From positions 928,001 through 992,000 of the forward strand of contig CAWCKH010000004.1 in NCBI GenBank assembly GCA_963796055.1: DNA of 64,000 bases, in the 5' to 3' direction. The notes beneath the pieces are model-generated. The model did not search any database and was not told where the DNA came from. It saw only the letters and a program-made list of their open reading frames with translations. Every line of letters begins with the position of its first letter. The stretch's first letter is position 1. This DNA comes from an uncultured delta proteobacterium (GTDB lineage Bacteria; Myxococcota; Myxococcia; Myxococcales; Myxococcaceae). A program made the position numbers and the translations under genes. This document shows positions 60,107 to 64,000 of this stretch, piece after piece.

Positions 60107-60461
60107 GTAACGAGGTGTCTGGCACCTCGATGGGCGCCCCCCGGGCGTCACCAGGCGTCCGGTCACGAGGTGTCTGGGGCCGGCCGGGCCCAGGGCCGGG
60201 GCCCGTAACGAGGTGTCCGTAACGAGGTGTCTGGCACCTCGATCCGGCACCTCGATCCGCGCCTCGATCCAGAGGCAACGAGGTATCCGGCATCGCGGTC
60301 CCGCTGCGCGATGCCGGCCGGTCCCGGGATGCCACGTCCCGGGAGCGGGACAGCCGGAACGGAAGGGAGCGCGCTCCCGACTGGAGGGCCGGTTGCCCAG
60401 AGCGCTCGTGGGCGCCAGTGGATGGAGCCGTAACGAGGTGTCCGTAACGAGGTGTCTGGCA
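60107..60461 (+). repeat. Cluster of REP-like palindromic repeats GTAACGAGGTGTCTGGCACCTCG
   Basis: Copies at 60107, 60162 (degenerate), 60219, 60275 (degenerate) and 60444 (IS-interrupted). Half copies GTAACGAGGTGTCC at 60205 and 60430. Stem CGAGGTG/CACCTCG. Confidence 0.85.
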
Positions 60462-61756
60462 CTGACGAATCCCCACTTCTCGTGAGGCAGAGCGCGAGGA
60501 AAGTCGGGAGCTTGAACGGCGCGTGGCCGCGACACGTCACGCTTGTTCTTGTGAGAAAACCAGGATCAGTAGACGCGGCCCGCGCCGCGCTTCTTGTCGC
60601 GCGTTTCACCAGCCCTCTGCAAGCAGTCCTCGACACCCGGCTCGTCAGCGCGCTGACGGTCGCAGTGACGGCGGCCTGCATGGGCGCCCAGCTGACGCTG
60701 ACGTCCCTGGGGCGATGGCTTCCCGGACCAGCGCTTCGCAAGCACTCAGTGAAGCGCATCGACCGGCTCCTCGGGAACAACAGGTTGCACCTGAAGCTGG
60801 CGGCGTGTTGGGCAGCGCTGGCCGCCCTTCCCGCGAAGGGCCGCATCGTCCTCCTCATCGACTGGACGGGCGCCAACGACGGCAAGCAGTGGTGGGTGCT
60901 CAGTGCGTCCCTCGCCGCCGCTGGCAGAGCCATCCCGCTCTACGACGCCGTCTTCGGCAAGGGAGAGTACGACTCGGTCCGAGCACGGGAGACCTTCCTG
61001 CGAGAGCTCGAGCGGATTCTGCCTCCGTGCAGGCGAGTCATCTTCGTGGCCGATGCTGGCTTTCGGGTGCCCTTTCTCAAGCAGCTGGCTTCCCGCGGCT
61101 GGGACTTCGTCGTCCGTCTACGTGGCCGCCCCTACGTCCTGCTCAAGCGCACCGGTGAGAGCTTCCGGCTGAAGGAACTCCGCCGTCGCGCAAGGCCAAC
61201 GGCAGCGTCGCTCGGCCCGGCACAGGTTTGTCGAGGTAGCAAAGCCTTCGTGTGCCGCCAACTCGTGCTCTTCCGGACGCGGCGGAAGCGACGCAAAGCG
61301 AAGGACCGACTGGGCCGTGTCCGGAAGTGGCGACGGAGCCGTCACTACGCCTCCTCGTGGCGGGAACCGTGGGTGCTGCTCACGTCCCTGCCGGACGGCG
61401 CCGAGAGGATTCGGCAGCTCTACTCGATGCGCATGGCCATCGAGGAGACCTTCCGAGACATCAAGAACCCACGCCTCGGCATGGGTTTCGCCGGCTCCGC
61501 CTCACGCTCGCTCCCTCGGGTACGCGTCCTGTGGCTCATCGGCGCCATCGCCGCGAAGGTCTGCAGGGCGATGGGCGAGCACGCCGAGAAGATAGGCCTC
61601 GTCCGCGGGCTTCAGGCCAACACCATCAAAGACCGACGGGTGCTCTCCGTCTTCCGTGCCGGGATGCTCGTCCTCAACATACTCCTCGCCCCCCTCCGGG
61701 ACGCTCTTGGCAGTCCACCACCCCTACTGCTCGCATGAGAAGTGGGGATCCGTCAG
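60462..61756 (+). mobile_element. IS4-family (IS10-like) insertion sequence, 1295 bp
   Basis: 20-bp terminal inverted repeats CTGACGAATCCCCACTTCTC / CTGACGGATCCCCACTTCTC (1 mismatch) and an exact 9-bp direct repeat TGTCTGGCA at 60453-60461 and 61757-61765. Confidence 0.95.
60551..61738 (+). CDS. IS4-family DDE transposase (start approximate)
   Basis: LLIDWT, FVADAGF, EPWVLLT and the YREK motif LYSMRMAIEETFRDIK; ORF intact. Confidence 0.92.
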   Translation: MRKPGSVDAARAALLVARFTSPLQAVLDTRLVSALTVAVTAACMGAQLTLTSLGRWLPGPALRKHSVKRIDRLLGNNRLHLKLAACWAALAALPAKGRIVLLIDWTGANDGKQWWVLSASLAAAGRAIPLYDAVFGKGEYDSVRARETFLRELERILPPCRRVIFVADAGFRVPFLKQLASRGWDFVVRLRGRPYVLLKRTGESFRLKELRRRARPTAASLGPAQVCRGSKAFVCRQLVLFRTRRKRRKAKDRLGRVRKWRRSRHYASSWREPWVLLTSLPDGAERIRQLYSMRMAIEETFRDIKNPRLGMGFAGSASRSLPRVRVLWLIGAIAAKVCRAMGEHAEKIGLVRGLQANTIKDRRVLSVFRAGMLVLNILLAPLRDALGSPPPLLLA

Positions 61757-61842
61757 TGTCTGGCACCTCGGGCGGCGGGTCGAGAGGCCGCTCGCGCTTC
61801 CGCCTCCGGCCACCTCACCTCGGCCCGGAACTCGGCCGTGTC

Positions 61843-61866
61843 CGTACAAGAATGCTATCCTGTACG
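61843..61866 (+). promoter_or_regulatory. Candidate extended -10 promoter inside an inverted-repeat operator for the TA operon
   Basis: CGTACA-N12-TGTACG overlapping TG-C-TATCCT (61853-61861), 9 nt before the antitoxin ATG. Confidence 0.5.
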
Positions 61867-61870
61867 AACC

Positions 61871-62098
61871 ATGAGGAAGAAGCTCACGCGCACCGGGAAC
61901 AGCCTCGCCCTGATCCTCGACCGGGGCCTGCTCGAGGCCACCGGCATCCGCGCCACCACGCCGTTGGAGGTCTCGACCGACGGCGAGGTCATCGTCATCT
62001 CACCCGTCCGCTCGGCCAGGCGGAGCGAGACGTTGCGCAAGGTGGTGGAACGCGCCCATGCCAGGTACGGGGGAACCTTCCGCCGCCTCGCCGAGTGA
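61871..62098 (+). CDS. AbrB/MazE-fold antitoxin
   Basis: MRKKLTRTGNSLALILDR...LEVSTDGEVIVISP; 75 aa; GTGA overlap with the toxin. Confidence 0.88.
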   Translation: MRKKLTRTGNSLALILDRGLLEATGIRATTPLEVSTDGEVIVISPVRSARRSETLRKVVERAHARYGGTFRRLAE

Positions 62099-62493
62099 AG
62101 CGACTCAAGCCCGTCTTCCTCACTCTGGACGAGGTACTGGCGATCCACGCCGATCAGATTGCGCACTATGGCGGCCGGCCAGGCCTCCGTGACTCCGGGT
62201 TGCTCCAGTCGGCGCTCGCCATGCCGCGCACCACGTTCGGCCGCGTGTACCTCCACCCGAGCCTTCCCGAGATGGCGGCTGCCTACCTGTTCCACCTCGC
62301 CGGGAATCACCCGTTCGTCGACGGCAACAAGCGGGTCGGCCTCGCGGCGGCACTCGCCTTTCTCGGTCTCAACGGGCTGTGGCTGGAGGCGGACCCCGAC
62401 GAGCTCGCGGAGCTGGTGCTGCGCACCGCCCGAGGCGAGGCAAGCAAAGCGGAGGTGGGGGAGTTCATCCGGAAGCGGGTGGTCGCGGCGTGA
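62095..62493 (+). CDS. doc: Doc/Fic-family toxin (death-on-curing)
   Basis: FLTLDEVLAIH...GGRPGLRDSGLLQSA...NHPFVDGNKRVG. Confidence 0.92.
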   Translation: MKRLKPVFLTLDEVLAIHADQIAHYGGRPGLRDSGLLQSALAMPRTTFGRVYLHPSLPEMAAAYLFHLAGNHPFVDGNKRVGLAAALAFLGLNGLWLEADPDELAELVLRTARGEASKAEVGEFIRKRVVAA

Positions 62494-62571
62494 CGCCTGC
62501 CTGGACGGCGGCTGCCGCGGACATTCCCCGGATCGCGTCGCCCAGGCTTCCCGGCACGGGGTAAGGAGGGG

Positions 62572-62616
62572 GTAACGAGGTGTCTGGCACCGCTTCGAGC
62601 AGATCAGGCACCTCGT
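62572..62616 (+). repeat. REP-like repeat copy with an inverted partner
   Basis: GTAACGAGGTGTCTGGCACC at 62572, followed by CAGGCACCTCGT, which can pair with ACGAGGTGTCTG. Confidence 0.8.
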
Positions 62617-62705
62617 CCGCCGACTCCCGACCGGGTGCGTCGAGGAGCGGTGTCGAGGAGCGGTTGACCGAGGAAGCTCAGGGTCTTAAAGGCTCCCGTC
62701 CCTCG

Positions 62706-64000
62706 ATGTCCGAGCCTCACGCCTCGCTGCCCGAGCCCACGCCCGAGGTGGTGCCCCCCGCGGCCGATCCGCTGGGACAGGTGCGCGCGCAGCTCCGGCC
62801 CGGGACCCGGGTGCGCACCACCGGGCTGCAGGGCGCGGCGCGGGGACACGTGCTGGCCCGGCTCTCGCGCGAGCTGCGGACTCCGCTGGTGTGCATCACG
62901 GCGGACGAGGACTCGGCCGAGCAGCTGGCCTCGGACCTGGCCTTCTTCCTCGGCGGCCCGGGCTCCCTGGTCGAGCCCAACGTGCTCCAGCTCCCGGGCG
63001 ACGAGGTGCTCCCCTGGGACGAGCTGACCCCGGATGCCACGGTCGTCGCCGAGCGGCTGGGGGCGCTCTTCCATCTCCGGCAGGGGACGCGCTTCCCGGC
63101 GCTGGTGCTGAGCTGGCGCGCGCTCCACAAGCGGGTGCTCCCCCCGGACGTGCTGGACACGCTCAGCGAGATGATCGGCGTGGGCCAGGAGCTGGACCGG
63201 GATGCGTTTCTCCGCCGGCTGGCCGACATGGGGTACCAGTCGTCGCCGCTGGTCGAGGACCTGGGGACGTTCTCGGCCCGCGGGGGGATCGTCGACGTCT
63301 TCTGTCCGCTCTACAGCCGGCCGCTGCGCATCGAGCTGTTCGGGGACACCGTCGAGTCGCTCCGGCTGTTCGACCCCGCCACGCAACGCACCGCCGAGCG
63401 ACTTCAAGAACGACCCTCATCCCCGCGCGCGAGGTGCTCTTCACCGAGGAGACGAAGGGCGCCGCCGAGGCCGCCGCCCGCGCCGCTGCCGAGCGCATCG
63501 ACATCCCCACCAGCCGCCTCCGCGAGACGCTCGACCGCATCCGGGAAGGCATCCCCGCGTACGGCATGGAGGCGCTGCTCCCGGGCTTCTTCCGGGGCGG
63601 GCTGGCCACGGTGCTCGACTACCTGCCGCACTGGGCCCGCGAGCCGCTGGTCTACGTCGACGACCCGCTGGGGGTGAGCCGCGCCGCCGAGGAGCTCCGC
63701 AGCGAGATCGACCAGGTCTGGGCCGAGGCGACGGCGCGGAAGGACCTGGCGCTGCCGCCCGAGCAGCACTTCGCCGCGGACGACGCGCTGCTCGCCGGCA
63801 TCGCCCGCTATCCGGTGCTCGAGGGAGGCGGGCTGTCGCTGTCGGCGAGCAGCGCGCCGGTGGCCTTCACGTTCGGGACCACCTCGGACCTGCGCCAGGC
63901 GATCCTGAGCCACCACGGCGAGGAGGGAGCGCTCACTCCGCTCGTCCAGCGGCTCGAGCGCTGGCGCGAGATGCGGATCGCCACCGCCATCGCCTGCGGC
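62706..64000 (+). CDS. mfd: Transcription-repair coupling factor (5' part; frameshift near 63405; runs off window)
   Basis: GLQGAARG, LPWDELTP...AERLGAL and GYQ...VEDLGTFSARGGIVDVF...PLRIELFGDTVESLRLFDPATQR. Confidence 0.92.

Noticed and set aside
60107..60461. CRISPR array (23-bp palindromic repeat, 32-34-bp gaps)
   Set aside because: The gaps are partly built from repeat fragments (GTAACGAGGTGTCC; GGCACCTCGATCC slippage), alternate copies are degenerate, a lone copy lies at 62572, and no leader or cas genes are present. REP-like fits better.
60107..62616. Integron attC sites around the TA pair
   Set aside because: No RYYYAAC...GTTRRRY box pairing and no integrase in the window.

Overview
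High-GC bacterial chromosomal segment, most likely from a myxobacterium (Myxococcota), judged from a MYXO-CTERM protein, the gene content and the codon bias. Many genes carry single-base frameshifts that look like uncorrected long-read indels, so coordinates below are reconstructed across frames and some starts are approximate. From left to right: (1) lptC-like gene (partial), lipid A acyltransferase, astB and a FUSC-family gene. (2) A ~45 kb Wzx/Wzy-type surface-polysaccharide region: O-antigen-ligase/TPR protein, UbiA-type phosphoribosyltransferase, ugd, WecA-like initiator, gmd-rmd, about 10 GT4 and 3 GT2 glycosyltransferases, about 8 methyltransferase genes or remnants, wzx, wzy, wzc, two GT-C-like membrane proteins, an acyltransferase and an aryl-sulfotransferase. 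glnB is embedded in it, no wza was recognised, and it shows several rearrangement scars. (3) An atypical Fis-family regulator, an amidohydrolase (with a decayed copy about 8 kb upstream), nrfHA in which NrfA has CXXCH at all five heme sites, a MYXO-CTERM surface protein and an orphan ABC permease. (4) A cluster of REP-like palindromic repeats, one interrupted by an intact IS10-like element with a 9-bp target duplication, bracketing an AbrB/Doc toxin-antitoxin pair, followed by the 5' part of mfd. No rRNA, tRNA or cas genes were seen. All family calls come from motif recognition by eye; no database searches were run.
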